64,000 nt of DNA from Felis catus (GCF_018350175.1 NC_058375.1:4898001-4962000); one strand, 5' to 3'; positions 46,476 to 60,460 are shown, numbered from the stretch's first letter. Numbers and translations are program-made. The notes: generated by a model from the sequence alone, not told the origin.

Positions 46476-49400
46476 GGCCGGTTCCCGGCGGGCCGACTGT
46501 TCCTCCGAGGGCACCCTCCCTACCACTCCTAGCAAATGGTCTGCTTGTCTTCCGGGCTCTGGGCATTTCCTAGCAATGAGTTAGCCGCTGCTGGAGGGAC
46601 GCTCACTGGAGCTACTTCAGCTGCCTGGACAGCTCTGGCACACGCTGGGCTTTGTGCGTCACCCAAGCAGAGGTGACCAGCGTGGACGGGACGGCCAGCC
46701 TGGCTCCATTCCCCATGCGGCATTACCTTCAGACGTTTTTGCTCGTCACCCAAATTTGGCCTCTTAGTTGGAACTCTCGAGGTGCGTTCTTCTCCCCAAC
46801 AACTGTCTGGAAGCAGAAAGCGGTGCAGGGAAGAGAGCCAGACGCCAGCCTCCCCCACTGTTTTGACTGGGCCCTGTAGATGGAAACATCAGAGAACGCC
46901 GTCCAAGGGCACACGTGCCCGTCTCAAAGCTGGCGCGTGCGTCGTGGGGAGGATGTATGGTGCAAACACACTGTGGCGTTCGTATTGAATATTTTGGTCT
47001 GCCGAAATTCAAAATTAAATATACCTTCCACCTACACTAAGAGAAATCCATTTACAGAAACCGAATCAAATTGGAGATCTAAGGAGCGGTGGTCAGAAAT
47101 GAAATATTTCAGAAACAAAATACACGGACATCGAATTGCTGAGCGGTGGCTTGCTCTGGGGCTTCCCAGGATGTGAGCTGGGGGGAGGCTCGTTGGACAG
47201 AGCCTTCTCTGGGGATCAATTCCGAACTACTCTTACATCCTGGCAGTTTGAAAAGGAAAAAAAAAAAAAGTTCTTTGAAAGAACTTACTTAGCAGCCGAG
47301 CCAATATTCTGTGTTTTCTGGAAGCCACCTTGTATTTCAGCTCTGGCGAATGTGTGTGTATCTCTCGTGGATCTTTGTGGGAATTGTTTGAACACTCTGG
47401 AGAGGCTGGGGGCTGCGTTAACGCCCCCCCCCCCATCCCCAGCCTCTGCCACCCCAGCCTTGCCGTTCATCCTGAGGACTTAATTATCCTCTGAAAGAGG
47501 ATACATACTGGGACTGCTGCTTTCTGTTGCAACCCCCCTCTCCGTCCTCTGGAGAGAGAAGCTCAAACTCAGCTCTGGCGTACATTTCTGAAGTGTTCCC
47601 CGATTGAATTCCTTCTGAAGAAACCTCTCCCCAGCCCTTTAAAACACTCGAGGGCTGCGGCCTCTGCCCCTCCTGCTAGGGGCTCCCGCGACCTGGCGCG
47701 TGTTTGTGTGCTACACTGCACCCATGGACGCATCTGAGCAAACTCAGCCACTTTGCCCGAGCGAGTTGATGTCGTTGCCCTTCATGTCCCCAGCTCCCTT
47801 CGAGAGGAAACTCCTAATTCCAAGCCAAGTTGTTTTCTGCAGCCTTGGGTTCGTCTTTAGGAAATAGGCAACGGAATTCCTGCAGAGCACTGCCCCCCCA
47901 CCCCCGTCCCACCTCCCGTCTCCCAACAGACAGACATCGGGAGGGATCTCTTGGAAAGCCAGTCCTCCCCCGTTCTCCTGGGGAGCCGGGGGAAGAACCA
48001 CGCTCAGAAGCAGCAAGCGCTTGGCAGGCTGTCCAACTCCCTACTGGGCTGCCGGGACTTGTAAAGCCCCGAGAATTTCCATGTTGTTTTTCTGCTGCAT
48101 CCCACCCGTTTACTGCTTTCCAGCAGACAGGGAAGAGACTGGGCTGGGGAAGCTGTGGGGGCTGGCAAAGGATGGAGGGCTCATGCACAACTCGTCCCGG
48201 CGATGAGAGACCCCCATCTTCAGAAGCCGCGGCCGGAGGCCTGCGGTGCCGGGGATGACGTGTGCTGGCAGGCGGCCGGCCGCAGAGAATCATTCCCTCC
48301 TGCACCTGGAGGCCATTCCGGGGCTGGCGTTTCTCTGGCACTCGGTGCGAGCAGAGCCCATGTGGTCGTTTGTCAGCCAAGACAGAAGAGTCACGATGAG
48401 CCGATTTATAGAGCATACAGAGTGTTGTGGGGTGAAGGCCCAGATTGTTCTGTGATCCATGTGCGCACCTTCCTGTTTTGGTTGGTTTGTCATTTGCTTT
48501 CTTGCCATCCACCGGGAAACGTATTTATCACCCCTGCTTTCGGAATGCGGCGGTCTGGTTTCATCTGCTACGATGAAAATGCTCCTGTTTCAATGTGGTT
48601 GAAGCGGGGCGGCTGAAATGGACTGCGTCCCACTTAGGACTCTCCATGGGGGAGTCTAGACATGAATTACCCCGGCTTAATGCCTCAGGGGACGCAGGTT
48701 CCCTTGTGGATGAGGACTGGGAGCGTCTTCCCGCTTCTTGTAATACTGCTGCCACCCGATGGCTGCCCAGGGTCCCGAGCTCTGCCGTGCCCCCTACCTC
48801 CCTCCAAAAACTCAGAAGCACCCCATGGGGCCTCTCTGGAGCCTGTCGGAGTATTTGGCTCTTGTAATTCTTTTTTTTTTCCTTCTCTATGCCAGCACTC
48901 TCCCACTTTCCACCTGTGAAAGCTTGCACCGATATCGTGGGCAGGCATTTCCCCAGGGGGAACACAGCTGAGCCCCAGGTCCAGAGTAATCCAGGCTTTC
49001 CTCGTTTCTGTGCAGAGGCCATCGGGTAATCCTGGGTGCCCGTGGGAGGAGGTGCCAGAGAAGGTCACCCCAGAACAAGCTCTCCCAGACGTGCAAATGC
49101 CTACAGTGCTCAGGCAGAGGCAGGGAGAGGCAGGGAGAGGCAGGTGGAGGCCAGCTCCAGGTAACAGGAGGCTCCCTCGAGGCTTCGCGGATGGGACTGC
49201 TCTCTTCAGCCAGGTCTGACCCTTCTAAGGATTATACTGTTCACCGCTTGCTGAGGGTCAGTATCTGGGGCTACCCTGAGCTTCTTCCAAAGGCAGGCAA
49301 CATGGGAAACTCAACAGCTCTAAACAGTAATTATGCAACTGCAGAGACATGCAGTCACCTCAAAAAGACAGTGGCTCTGAGATCCCCAGGACTGGACTGT

Positions 49401-50459
49401 ACCTGATGGACGGTGTCCGTGGGACAAGGAAGAGTCTCGGAGAAGCAGCACTCAGGGGACAGGCAGCCTCAACCAGCAGCCAGCTCATACCTGGTCTCTG
49501 GTGAGGCCAGCCCCGAGGAGAAAGGGCTGCCTTGGCCACGTTGCCCACAGCCTTGAACATGGAAACCACTCACCTATTCTCCTGGGGCTTCCCAGAGACA
49601 ACGCTCTAACTCACACAACTTTCTGGTCCCTGGCGCAGGGATTTCCTGCCAGACGCTAATAAATAGGCATTTTCATTTTATCCTTGTGCTTTATGAACTT
49701 GGTTGAGAGGAAGACGGTCAGTCTCAGACCCTGCAATCACACGAGGCCTCTGAACCTGCAGGTGAGGACCAGCCCTGCCCAGGGCACCATCACCGGGCAG
49801 CGACTCTTGCCAGAGTCCTTCCCCTGCTGGGCTGTGAGGCCGTGGCCCTTGGTCGCAGGTCTTCCCCACAGCTTCCTGCCACACTGGATCTCGTCTCCAA
49901 GGTCATTCTGGCGTGGACTTCCCTGCCCGCAGACCCTGCCGCGCTGTGGAAGGAGCACTCGCCTCCTTCTTGCTGCCTGGCCAGTCGTCACCGGGTGGTC
50001 AGGGGCACCGGCTCACAGTCAGGTGTCAGGTGTTCAGATACCAGGTCCGGGCAGCAAGTGCGCCCTGACCGGGGTGGTGCCAGCGTGTCTGTGCTCAGCG
50101 TTGTCGGGACCCATTCCCGCCGCACCTCTCTGTGCGCCCGAGCAGTGTGGTCTTTCAGGCAGCGCCCCGAAAGGGGAACTACAGCGCTCGACTGGCCTCC
50201 GAGAGACGAGTCCTCCCTTCGACTGGACCGTAACTCCTGGAGGGGCGGGAGTGCTGTGTGTTTCCTCTCCGTCTGCACAGAGGCTCCTAGCAGAGTTCTG
50301 GGCACGTGGTGGGGACCCGGGGAATAGCCGTTGGCTGATTGAGTGGTTGATGATACGGTGAGTCTGGGAGTGTAGATTAAGAAGTCCGTCCCAAATTACT
50401 TCCAGGTGCTGATCATTTCAGCATCACACGGCCACGCGGGAGAAGGCCCACTATGTGAT

Positions 50460-51700
50460 ATTTATTCATCTATTCAACAAATATTTATGGAGTGCTTTCT
50501 GTGGAACAGCTCTAATTCCTGGGGACTCAGAAATGAATCAGACAGATAATATCCATGCCCTCGCGTAGCTTACCTGGCAGCAGGGGAGACTGACAAGGGA
50601 CGGATACAACCCGGGAGGTGATGAGTGCCACAGAGAAGACAGGGTGGATTAGTTCTCTATCTCTGTGTAACAAATTACCCCCAAACGTGGCGCCTTACGG
50701 GAACACACCTTTATTATCTAGCCATTTGTGTGGGCTGGGGACCTGGGCGCAGCTTAGCTGGGCCCTCCAGCTCAGACCGTGTCACAAGACCAGTCGAGTG
50801 ACAGCCAGGACTGTGGACGTCTCAAGGTGTGACCGGACCAAGACCCTCTCCCAAGCTCCCCCACGTGGAGGAGCCTTGCCACGTGGGCCTCTCCAGGTAC
50901 CTCACAGCACAGCCGTTGGCTTCATCAGAGAGAAGAGAGCCAGCCTGCCGGGGGCTCTCGACTCACACAGCCGTTTGTGCTAGTCCTCTGAGTGATGTGG
51001 GCGCTATTAGGAACCCCACTTTACAGATGGGAGATGAGCCCAAGATTATGCAGCTGGCAAGTGGCAGAGCTGGCACCTGCTGTCCCACCTGCCGCACGAC
51101 ACCACGGCTCTTTTTGTCTTCCAACGAGAGAAGATGGTGTCTCAGCTGCTTTTGCTGCAGTAGACGTGGTGAGATATGAGCTGACTTGGGATCCATGTTG
51201 GTAGGACTTCTCGACAAGTTGGAAGTGAGGATAAGGGGAGAAGAAAGACACGAAAGATGATTCCAAAGATGGGGCCTAAGAAGCCGGGTGAAGGGCGGTG
51301 CCATTAGCTGGCTCAGAGAGTTACAGGAAGGAGTGGGTGTGGGGGAGAGCATCGAGAGTGATATTTTGACCATGGTAATGTGATGGCGGTATGGATGTCG
51401 AGGAGGCTACCGAGTATAGGAGTCCAGAGATCAAGGGAGTGGTCAGGTCAGAGATACAGACTTTTGTACGCATTGGCCCTGGGTGAGTACCCGGGGAGAG
51501 AGAAGAGGAGAGAAAACGGCCGAGGATGGAGACTCCGTGGTACCTGAAACGTTTAGCAGTCTGGCAGGAAAGGGAGAGCCAGCAAAGGAGGTGGAGACAA
51601 AGGGACCCATGTGGCAGCAGGAAAGCCAGCAAAGTGTGGTGACCTGGAAGCCCAGTGGGGAGGGACTTGAAGAGGGAGGGAGTTGGGAGCTGTGCCAGAT
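50460..51700 (-). mobile_element. L2 fragments interrupted by MLT1 and MIR
   Basis: ttattcatctattcaacaaatatttatggagtgc 3' end; aaagatgattccaaagatggggcctaag further in. Confidence 0.7.
50645..50945 (-). mobile_element. MLT1F/G-like LTR fragment
   Basis: attagttctctatctctgtgtaacaaattacccccaaacgtggcgcctta...gcagcttagctgggccctc. Confidence 0.8.
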
Positions 51701-51919
51701 GCCTGGCGAGCGTTACTGGGGGGGTGGGATGGGAATGCTGCAAAACTATGTTCAGAAAGACCCTAATTTGGTAAAGACAGCTTCTCTTCCTTGTGGGAAA
51801 AGCTCCTTTTCATTATGATTGTTAAATCTCTAGACCAATTTTAATCCATGAACATGGTATATTTAGATATTAGGGAAGATGGGTCTGGATCATTTTATTT
51901 TCAAACACCAGAAACGGGT

Positions 51920-52590
51920 GTTGTGTTTTGTTCTGGCAGGGAGTTAAGTTGCTGGCAGCTTCTCTTGGTCTGGTCAGACTTGGTTTTAATCTTTGTTTGG
52001 GCTCATCTGTTTTGGTTTTGCCCTTTGAGGTAGGTGTTGGTCCTTACTCAAGGGCATGGTTATTACTCTTAACACCTGGACTTTCTAGAGTCTTAAATGA
52101 ATGCACCAGGCACTCAGCAAGGCTTCTCCCCTCTGGCCGGGCCAGATCTCAGAGGTCCGCCAGCCCTGCGTGACCTCCATTGTCTCTGAGTAGCTGTCCC
52201 CACCACAGCAGCCATGGAGTCTTGCCTTTTAACCCAGTACTCCCAGGGAACCCCCAAGCAGAGTTCTGAGGCCTGCCTTCTGCACATCTCCCTTCTCTCA
52301 GGAATCCAGACCTGCACATTCTGGCTGTTCTCTGGTTTTTGCCTTCTCCAGCCAGGGAGGCAGCCGCATCCAGCTTGGACCCCACCTTCCTGTCCAATGG
52401 TCCAGAAAGCCAGGCAGACATAGGGCTCATCCTGTGGGGGTTTTTTCCACAGGATCACAGCCCTGAACTCCCTGTTGTCCAGTGCCCAAAAAGAGTAGCC
52501 TCAGATATTTTTGTCTAGTTTTATGGCTGTTTGTGGCAGGAGGGCAGGTCCAGGGCTAGCCCCTTCTTTGTGGTTGGAAGCCAAGACTCC
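51920..52590 (-). mobile_element. Ancient L1 5'-region fragment (L1M5/L1MD/E-like)
   Basis: gatcacagccctgaactccctgttgtccagtgcc...cagatatttttgtctagttttatggctgtt, the antisense counterpart of the L1 5' motif at ~23350-23420. Confidence 0.65.
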
Positions 52591-53629
52591 GATAGAAAGT
52601 TTATAGTTTCTTTCTATTCCCAGCACCAGACCATCACCCTTATTGGTGACAGTTTTATGTTTTATGTGATATGGAAGAGTTCTTTTGGATGAAATAAAAT
52701 CAAGTGAAACAATCTGTCATCTGAAATGAACAAAGACCATTGCAAAGACTGCAGTTACGCTCGTAGGGCTGGTGTCTGTCAGGAACTCCCAGGGAAGGGT
52801 TCCCTGGGAATGCTCAATAGGACGTTCTTGGACAGAGAGCCATAGGACTGAGTATTGGGGTGGGCTTCCTGGGGGACGGGTGCAGGGCCAAGGACTACGG
52901 GAAACATGGCAGGGGGGCCGGGGGGTAGCAGTGGGGGCTGAATTCCTCTTCAACCTTCCCCAGAGATGCATGGTCCCCTCAGGGTATCCGGGTGTGGGAC
53001 AACTCCCTTCTTCCTTCCATCAAAGATTCTTTTCTGCTCTAGAAAAGCCACTGACAGGTTCTGCCCAACCCCTGGGGTCCCCAGGAATGTATTTTCTGCT
53101 TGAAGGGACAGTGATTATCTTTTCTCTGACGGTGAATTGAAATGGGGCCCTGAGCTCTCTCTGACCTGATGTATCTGGCCCTCTCTCCTGGGAGTCTGTT
53201 CACATAGGTACATTCCCCCATCCGCAGGCTTGGAACTCCTGTCACGTGCTAGAGGGGAAATTCTATAGTTTTATGCCTTAATTGCCCTGGGTTACCAAAG
53301 TCTATTGTTTCACTTCTGTCTGGGGGATTATTTGTGTATTTATCAATTCATTCTATAACGTATTTACTAAATTGTTTATGCAGCAAATTTTATTAAGCAC
53401 CTAAGATATGCCAGGCATTGTGCTAGGTTCTGGAGCCTCTAAATTCCCAACCCAAGGCTTTGGAAATGCACTGAAGAACCATTTCCGAGAGATGATGGCC
53501 ACCAAAATGTTCAGGACTGAGCACTCGTACGCAATCGGCCTTTTGGCCTCCCTTGCCCTCTCCTGCATTGCTAATCAGGCTCAGGGTTTCTGGATGCAAG
53601 GAGGTCACGGGCTTTAATGAATGGGGCTA

Positions 53630-53760
53630 ATATAATAGGGTCGGATGTCTTGAGTTTGCACCTTGCCTCTCCACTGACTTGCTGTGTGACCTTAAGCAAG
53701 TGCCTTCCCCTTTCTGGGCCTGGTTCCTCCTCTTCAGAATATCTGAAAATTCTGATTTGA
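53630..53760 (+). mobile_element. MIR
   Basis: ccactgacttgctgtgtgaccttaagcaagtgccttcccctttctgggcc. Confidence 0.8.
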
Positions 53761-54380
53761 AATATAAGCAGGAGGTGCAGAGACCTGGCCTGGCGCCTTC
53801 TGTGTTGCAGATTGGTCATCAGGAAGACGAGTAGTACAACTGCTCTTCAAGGTTCAAGCATATGAAGCAGTGACTTGATCTCTTTATATTAAAGGCGCTT
53901 CGTGCATCTAGAAATATTATTAAAATCATTTTGGTTCCTGGTCAAGAGCTTCAGTTTTGTTTCTGCAACAGCGTCGTCAGCAATCTGTCCCCTCGTGAGC
54001 ACCCTGCGTGTGACTCGACAGGGCTGGGGGCGGTGGGGGGGGGGGGTGTCTGGCCCACCCACTAATCCACAGTTTCTCCGGAATTCTCCCACTTGTTTCC
54101 AGTCTGGGCAATTTGCCTCCTGCTGCCGCATGACTCAGAGAGCTTCCGACCTCGCCCTGAGCCGGCAGCTGGCCATTGTGTCTCAGTCTCCTGGAACCTT
54201 CAGATAAAGTCCTCCGTCCCCGTCTCCCCTCCGGTCACCTTCAGGCAGCAGCGGCCCCAGGGCCACGTCCCTAGAGAGGCCTGGGACCTCAAGAGGTCAC
54301 TGCCCCACGGTGGGGAAGGATTTCCAGCTCCTCTTCTGGGTTTGCTTTGTTTTGCTTTGAAATCTAAGTTTATTTCTGAT

Positions 54381-54556
54381 CAGGGGCAGATCCCAACTTT
54401 ATGGGCTGAAGCCGATACTGTGGGGGACCCCTGTATAGGAATAAACAACACAAAATAACGAACACAATATTAGGCCCGCATCTTAGAAGGGGTCCACACA
54501 ACACAAGGGGTCCTAACGCCTAAACGCTGTTAGCCTCATGGTAAACCTGACCATTG
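54381..54556. mobile_element. Arthur1A/MER69A-like hAT-Tip100 MITE
   Basis: caggggcagatccc...acaaaataacgaacacaatattagg...agaaggggtcc...ttagcctcatggtaaacc; ttctgat flanks both ends (54374-54380, 54557-54563). Confidence 0.75.
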
Positions 54557-57229
54557 TTCTGATTCACTTAAGATCCGGAATAACTGAGCCCTGCACCGTA
54601 AATAAATTTTAATTAGGATAAAAGAAGAGAATTGCTTGCTGCATATTTATTTTAGAATCCAGCCGCCACTGCGTAATTCGGATTTGAGATAACATTCTTT
54701 AAAAAAAAAAAAAAATTTCCTTCACATTAAAGCAACAGATTGAATGTCCAATGAGTCACAAATGCCCTTTTGAAAACAGCTGCATTAGAGGGGCTCACCC
54801 AGAAAACATCATTTTCTTTCTTCCAAGGCCGCCTTCAGCCCTCCAGCATCTCCCTCAGACCCTGGCACAGAGTCACCTTACGCCTCCTCTTCTCTTCTCT
54901 TCTTCCCCTCCTGCCCCATCCCTGTTCAAGCAGCCAGCTCACCAGACACCTTCCACATTTAGTACGTCCCATCTAACACCAGTGTTTTTAACTACAGTAA
55001 TTGTGTAGGAAATTGTATAGAAATCGATCGAACCAGAAAATGGAAAGATTGTAAGTAATTGGTGGGCAATAGGGGAAGCGAATTCAAATCCCGATGTCGG
55101 TCGGTGACATTTTCAGGCTCTCCTGGTTTAAAGTGATTCCAGAGCAACTTTATTTGAATAGTCTGTGTTGCACTCAAAGTAAATATTAATTCCATTATGC
55201 CATAAACTTGTATTTATCATGACAGCAAGTTATAAAGTTCTCTTACTAGAATACAGCTTCCAAATTGCATATCATAGATGAGATACAGCGCGCACATTGG
55301 ATGTTTGCGGCAATTACCAACATGCTTTATGCAAGTCGGTATTAAATGCACTTTCTAAATACGAGTCGCCGCCTGAGCTTATGCGGAAAATCTTCCGTGG
55401 CTATTATCCAGGAGCCCAGAAATATGAGGAGAGGGTGACAGAGAAGTCACGGCGGGCAGGGGCCAGTCACCAGGATCAAAGTGCACCACGTCACCAGGCC
55501 GTAATTCATTTGAAGTGTTCTTTGCATATTATGGGTCTGACTTTTTAAATTACATAAATTGCTCATTAGAAGCGTCGTGTAATTGCTTTACTCTGTGGTA
55601 TTGCGAGAAGTGTAGGTTTTAATTATTCTTTTTTGATTTGTAGTGTGGTTTGACTTGTTCAGGGCGATGGTTGGAAAATATGGATCTGCTTTAATTGTTG
55701 CACTAAGTGAAAATAGATGACTCTGTTTATCAAATTCCTTGACTTTGCATTTGGGGAGCACAAGGGGTTCTTATGGTTTCTCAGCCCTTGTTGGTAACCG
55801 TAGGGTGTTGGCCAGATGAGGTCTGGGGAGAATCTTCTAAGCCTGTAGGTGGCACTTTGGGCTCTGCCTGACCCTTGGGTGACCTGAATGGAGCCTGGCA
55901 GAGCTTTGCCTGTGGATAGATTTCATGACATCTGCCCGCAAGTCCGCACGTCTCTTGCTCACAGTGTGGCCGGGATGGGAAAAGCCAAAGCTCGCTTGTC
56001 GTCCTTGGCGAGCGGGGCGGGGACAACGGGTACTCCTGGGATGCCTGCTGCAAGGCCACCATTCTCTCCCGTCCCTTTTGCAAGGGCAGCCAGCACCATG
56101 GCGCCCAGCCAGCTCCACCTCCTGCAGCACCGAGGCCCCGGCCTTCCCAGCCCCACCCGCAGCTGAGCTGTTCTAGCTGCATAACAGGCTGCAGGCATTC
56201 CGGCCCCTGGGCCCGGCCCCTTGTCATCCAGCGCATGGAATTGATGAGTTGTGAGACCAGAGCCGTGGCTTCGGGGGTAAACTTCCAGGACCCGCTCTGG
56301 CTCATCTGCAGCCGCTGATGAATAAAAACTTGATTAGGACGCTGGTCTTTGAAAGGCAGCTATTTTAGGACTCACTTTTGGAAAGGCAGGGGATTTCTTT
56401 TTCCAAGATAAAATATGCATTTGTCAATACAGCAATAGCATCAACCGCTTCCTCTTGGGGGTCTCTCGCCTTAATTATTCTCCGTCAGAAAGCTTTTCTC
56501 TTTGAAGCCTGGCTGGCAGTGGGCTTCAATGTGTCTGGCTCATTGAGAGATGCCCACACGTCTCCTTTTTGGAGCAGCTCAGCTCTCAGAAACAACAGAG
56601 GGGACAGTCTTTGTGAGTCTAGTCACCAAGCCCCTGGCCCATTCCTCCCCTCGTGTCGCCTGCTTTATGCATGCGCCATTCCGTTCCAGGCCAGGTTCCT
56701 GTGACATGAAAAATATACTAAATACGGGCTGCCACGGTAACTGTCATTAACCAACCACTAGTGGTGCCTTTATAAATTTTTACACACCGCTAAATTATAA
56801 ATATGCAGTACTGGGAGCCATGTAACGTGTACCTATAACATCTGCAGTTTCGAGATCTGTAATTCTGTGTGCACACGCCACAAGTTGCGAGGGGTTGGGT
56901 GATCGATCACCTGTTCCCTGGGTAGAGCCCACAGTGGGCTTCTCCCCCTGGGAGGCCCTCTGGAGGGTCGTTCCTCCCCAGGGGAGCCCCCGTGGAGAAG
57001 ATCTCTCAGGTGCTGGGCTTCCCTGCTTGGTGCCTTTTCCTTTGTTTGACGTTAATGTGGGTTCGGTAAACAGGTTCGGTAGCGTCTGCCGTGTTTCAGA
57101 ACTGTGCTGGACTCAAGATCCACATTTGAATTGGGCTTTGAAAACCTGCATCATCTGTCGGGGAGATGGACAGATTACCAAGTAATGACAGTCCTGGGTG
57201 AATGAGGTCCAGAGAGAGGGCTGGTTACC

Positions 57230-57400
57230 CAGGTGACTTGAGAGACTGGGATGACTTTGAACAAAGTCCGTGGCTCAGTTTCCTCCTGTGAGCGGAACAT
57301 ATCCCTGTTTCCCTCTTGTGTTGTTAGGGGCATTATACAGGTTACTGCGCATAAAAGCATTTATTTAGAGCAGTTCCTGGTGCAAATTAAGCAAATGTTA
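57230..57400 (+). mobile_element. MIR
   Basis: gactttgaacaaagtccgtggctcagtttcctcctgtgag...aaagcatttatttagagcagttcctgg. Confidence 0.7.
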
Positions 57401-57686
57401 ATATTATAACCACCTTTATTATTACTTGATTTCTTGCTATCTTATGCCCAAAATTAGTGGCTGAGATCATGGCAAGGGCACTTTCTTCCTTGTTAAAGAG
57501 CATGGCCTTCAGCATTGCAAGGTTTGAATGAGGCATTGTATGTTCTCCAACATGGAAGTGTATTTATTATCTTTGTTTTGATATCAAAAGCAATCTGTTG
57601 TAAAAATGCAAACAGTAAAACTCTCCCCTAAATCCAGTGCAAACACACACACATTTTTGCACACACATACAAAAGTATAATTTTTA

Positions 57687-57899
57687 TTCTATTTTTATTT
57701 TATTTTTTAAAGAGATTTTTTAAAGTTTATTTATTTTGAAAGAGGGGGGGTGCAGAGAGAAAGGGAGAGAGAGAATCCCAAGCGGGATCCGTGCTGCCAG
57801 TGCAGAGCCCAACGTGGGGCTTGAACACATGAACCACAAAAGCATGACCAGAATGGAAACCAAGAGCCAATCAACTGACTGAGCAACCCAGGCTCCCCC
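57687..57899 (-). mobile_element. CAN-SINE (older type)
   Basis: TSD aaaagtat(a/c)attttta at 57671-57686 and 57900-57915. Confidence 0.93.
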
Positions 57900-58859
57900 A
57901 AAAGTATCATTTTTAACCAGCACTCTACTCTGAGCTTTATTTAAATCAATACAAATTTTAAAAAATCAATACAAATAAATACCTTTTATGACTTGCATGG
58001 TAGTCCGTTGCGGGGACCTACTCTATTGTTAAATAGGTTGTTTCTAGACTGTTTTCCTATCCATACTTCTAGAAATATCCTTGAACATGGTTTTGTATGC
58101 TTGTCTGCTTATTGCCTTATGATAAATTTCTAGATTGGCATTGTGGATTAAAGGGCTTTCGTATTTTTAAAATTATGCATTTTTAAACTCTATGCAAACT
58201 TTGAGGGAATAATACATGATAAATAATTCAAAAGGTGGAAAAAGATATACAGTAAAAAGTAAGTCTACCTCCCATTTCTCCTCCTCTACCCCCTGTCCCC
58301 AGAGGCCACCATATCACTGTTTTCTCATTGATCCTTCTAGAGGTGGACACTTCTTTTCCTTACCTTTGTGCAAATGCAGGATACGTCACACATGTATTGT
58401 ACCTTGCTTTTTAAACTTAACACTATGACGTGTACATCAGCTTCTGTTAGTACATGTCGTGCTGCCTCATTCTTAGTAAGAAGTACCACTGGGCAGCTAC
58501 TCTGTGTCCAGCATTTTTCTAGGTGTCAAAGACACAGGCGCCCTTGTCGACACACATTGTAGAGAGGGGAGATGGGCAGTAAATAATGAAAAAATACATG
58601 GCAGTGGGCATCATTTAAGAAAAATAAAACAGAGAAAAGGCACGGGAAGCAGGTACAATTGTAAACTGGGAGGTCGGAGAAGACTCCATTGAGGAAGGGA
58701 CGTGAGGGCCAAGAACCGAAGGGTCAGGGAGCCCCGGGGAAATCTGGGGGAGAAGCTTTCCTGTTATGATAGCAAGTGAAAGGGCTTGAGTTGGGAGTTG
58801 GTATTCAACAGAATGAATGTACCAAAGTTAATGGAATCGACACTCTGTTAATGGGTAGA

Positions 58860-59765
58860 TGCCGAATTAAATTACATTCCAACCAACATTATATATCTGT
58901 TTCCTCACATCCTTGCCAAAACATCAAGTTATCATACTGTTTTGCGTGGCTCTTACATGTGTGAACAGTTATCTTGTGGTTGGACTTTGCACTTATCATA
59001 CTGTTAAGAAGTTGAGCATTTTTTGTTACAAACTGCGTATTCACATATTTGTAAAATTGTGTATTAGATTATTGGTATTTTTCTTATTGGCTAGGAGAAG
59101 CTTTTTATATATTACAGAAATTGGCCTTTCTTCCATAATATATATCATAAATAATTTCTAAGTTTTTTGATTAAATTTTTTTTTCTACGTGTTCAAGAAG
59201 TTTTAAGTAGTACAATTTAACAGTTGTTTCTTTTACGGTTTCCAACATGTGTGGCATAGTGAAAGAAGCCTTTTCTTCCTCCAAAATTATACAAAACCTC
59301 ACCTTATCCTAGTACTTGAATGGTTTCATTCTGTTCTTAATTTAAATCTTTGACTGATCTGGAATTTATTAAAGTCAGTGTATACTTTTCCCCTCCCCCA
59401 GATAGCTATTCAAATGCCTCCAAACTATTTATTGAATTAATCTGTCTTTTTTTTTTTTATCTATTGATTATCATGCACCTTCTCTATTGTATACTAAATT
59501 CCCAATTGTATTTTGATCTATTTTGCGCCATTCTATACTGTTTCCATGATTTGGCCATTCTATACTGTTTCCATGCTCACACTCCATTGCCACACTCTCT
59601 TTGTTATTGTATTTATAGAGAATACATTTCTGTACACGTGGAATGAGTCTCCTTTTATTACTCCTCTTTTCCAGAATGTTCTTAGCTACTCTTGCTTGTT
59701 CCTTTTTCGAATGAACTTTAGAACCAGTGCCCAGACCTAAAAGTAAGCCCTGGCTGGTATTTTTA
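58860..59765 (-). mobile_element. L1ME-like fragment
   Basis: aattacattccaaccaaca...ctgtttcctcacatccttgccaaaac; gaatgaactttagaaccag. Confidence 0.7.
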
Positions 59766-60460
59766 TTGTAGTCACACTCTTACCCCACCCTGAAACTGGC
59801 AGCCACTGATCTGATCTCCATCCCCATGGTTTTGTTCTTTCCACAGTGTCTTATAAATGGAATCATACAGTGTGCAACCTTTGAGACTGGCTTCTTTCAT
59901 TCAGCTGAATGCCTCTGTGATTCATCCAAGTTGTTATGCTCATAGTATTCCACTGTATGGATATACTACCATTCACCTACTCGTTCACTGAATAAACTCA
60001 TTTTTGGTGATTATGAATAGAGCTGCTACAAACATTTGTGTATAGGTTTTGGTGTGAACATGAGTTTTTATTTCTCCATGGTAAATACTCAGGAGTGGGA
60101 TTATTGTGTCATATGGTAAATATTTAATTAATCTTATTTTTTTTACTTTTTTTTTTTGATGTTTTTAATGAACTATTCTGATAGATGTAGACTGGCATTT
60201 CATTGTGGTTTTAATTTGCATTTCTTTAATGGACAGTGATGTTTAACAACTTTTCATGTGCTTAGTTTCTATTCCTATATCCTCTTTAAGTGAAGTGTCT
60301 AGGGTTTTCTTTCCATTAAAAATTTTTTTTACTATTGAGTTGTAAATGCGATTTGCCAATATTTTTTTCCCAGTCTATAGCTTGACTTTTCATTATCTTA
60401 AGGGTGCCTTTCACAGAATGAAAATCCTTAAAATTTTGAGGCAGTCCAATTTATCAATTT

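Noticed and set aside
47814-50361. Long ORFs of 232 aa (47814-48512, -) and 225 aa (49684-50361, +) and overlapping ORFs
   Set aside because: GC-rich DNA with ORFs in many frames at once, no recognisable domain, P/R/G/S/W-rich composition typical of chance ORFs.
50569-50589. cttacctggcagcaggggaga resembling the U1 snRNA 5' end
   Set aside because: Lies in an L2 segment whose consensus is already similar; no further U1 sequence follows.
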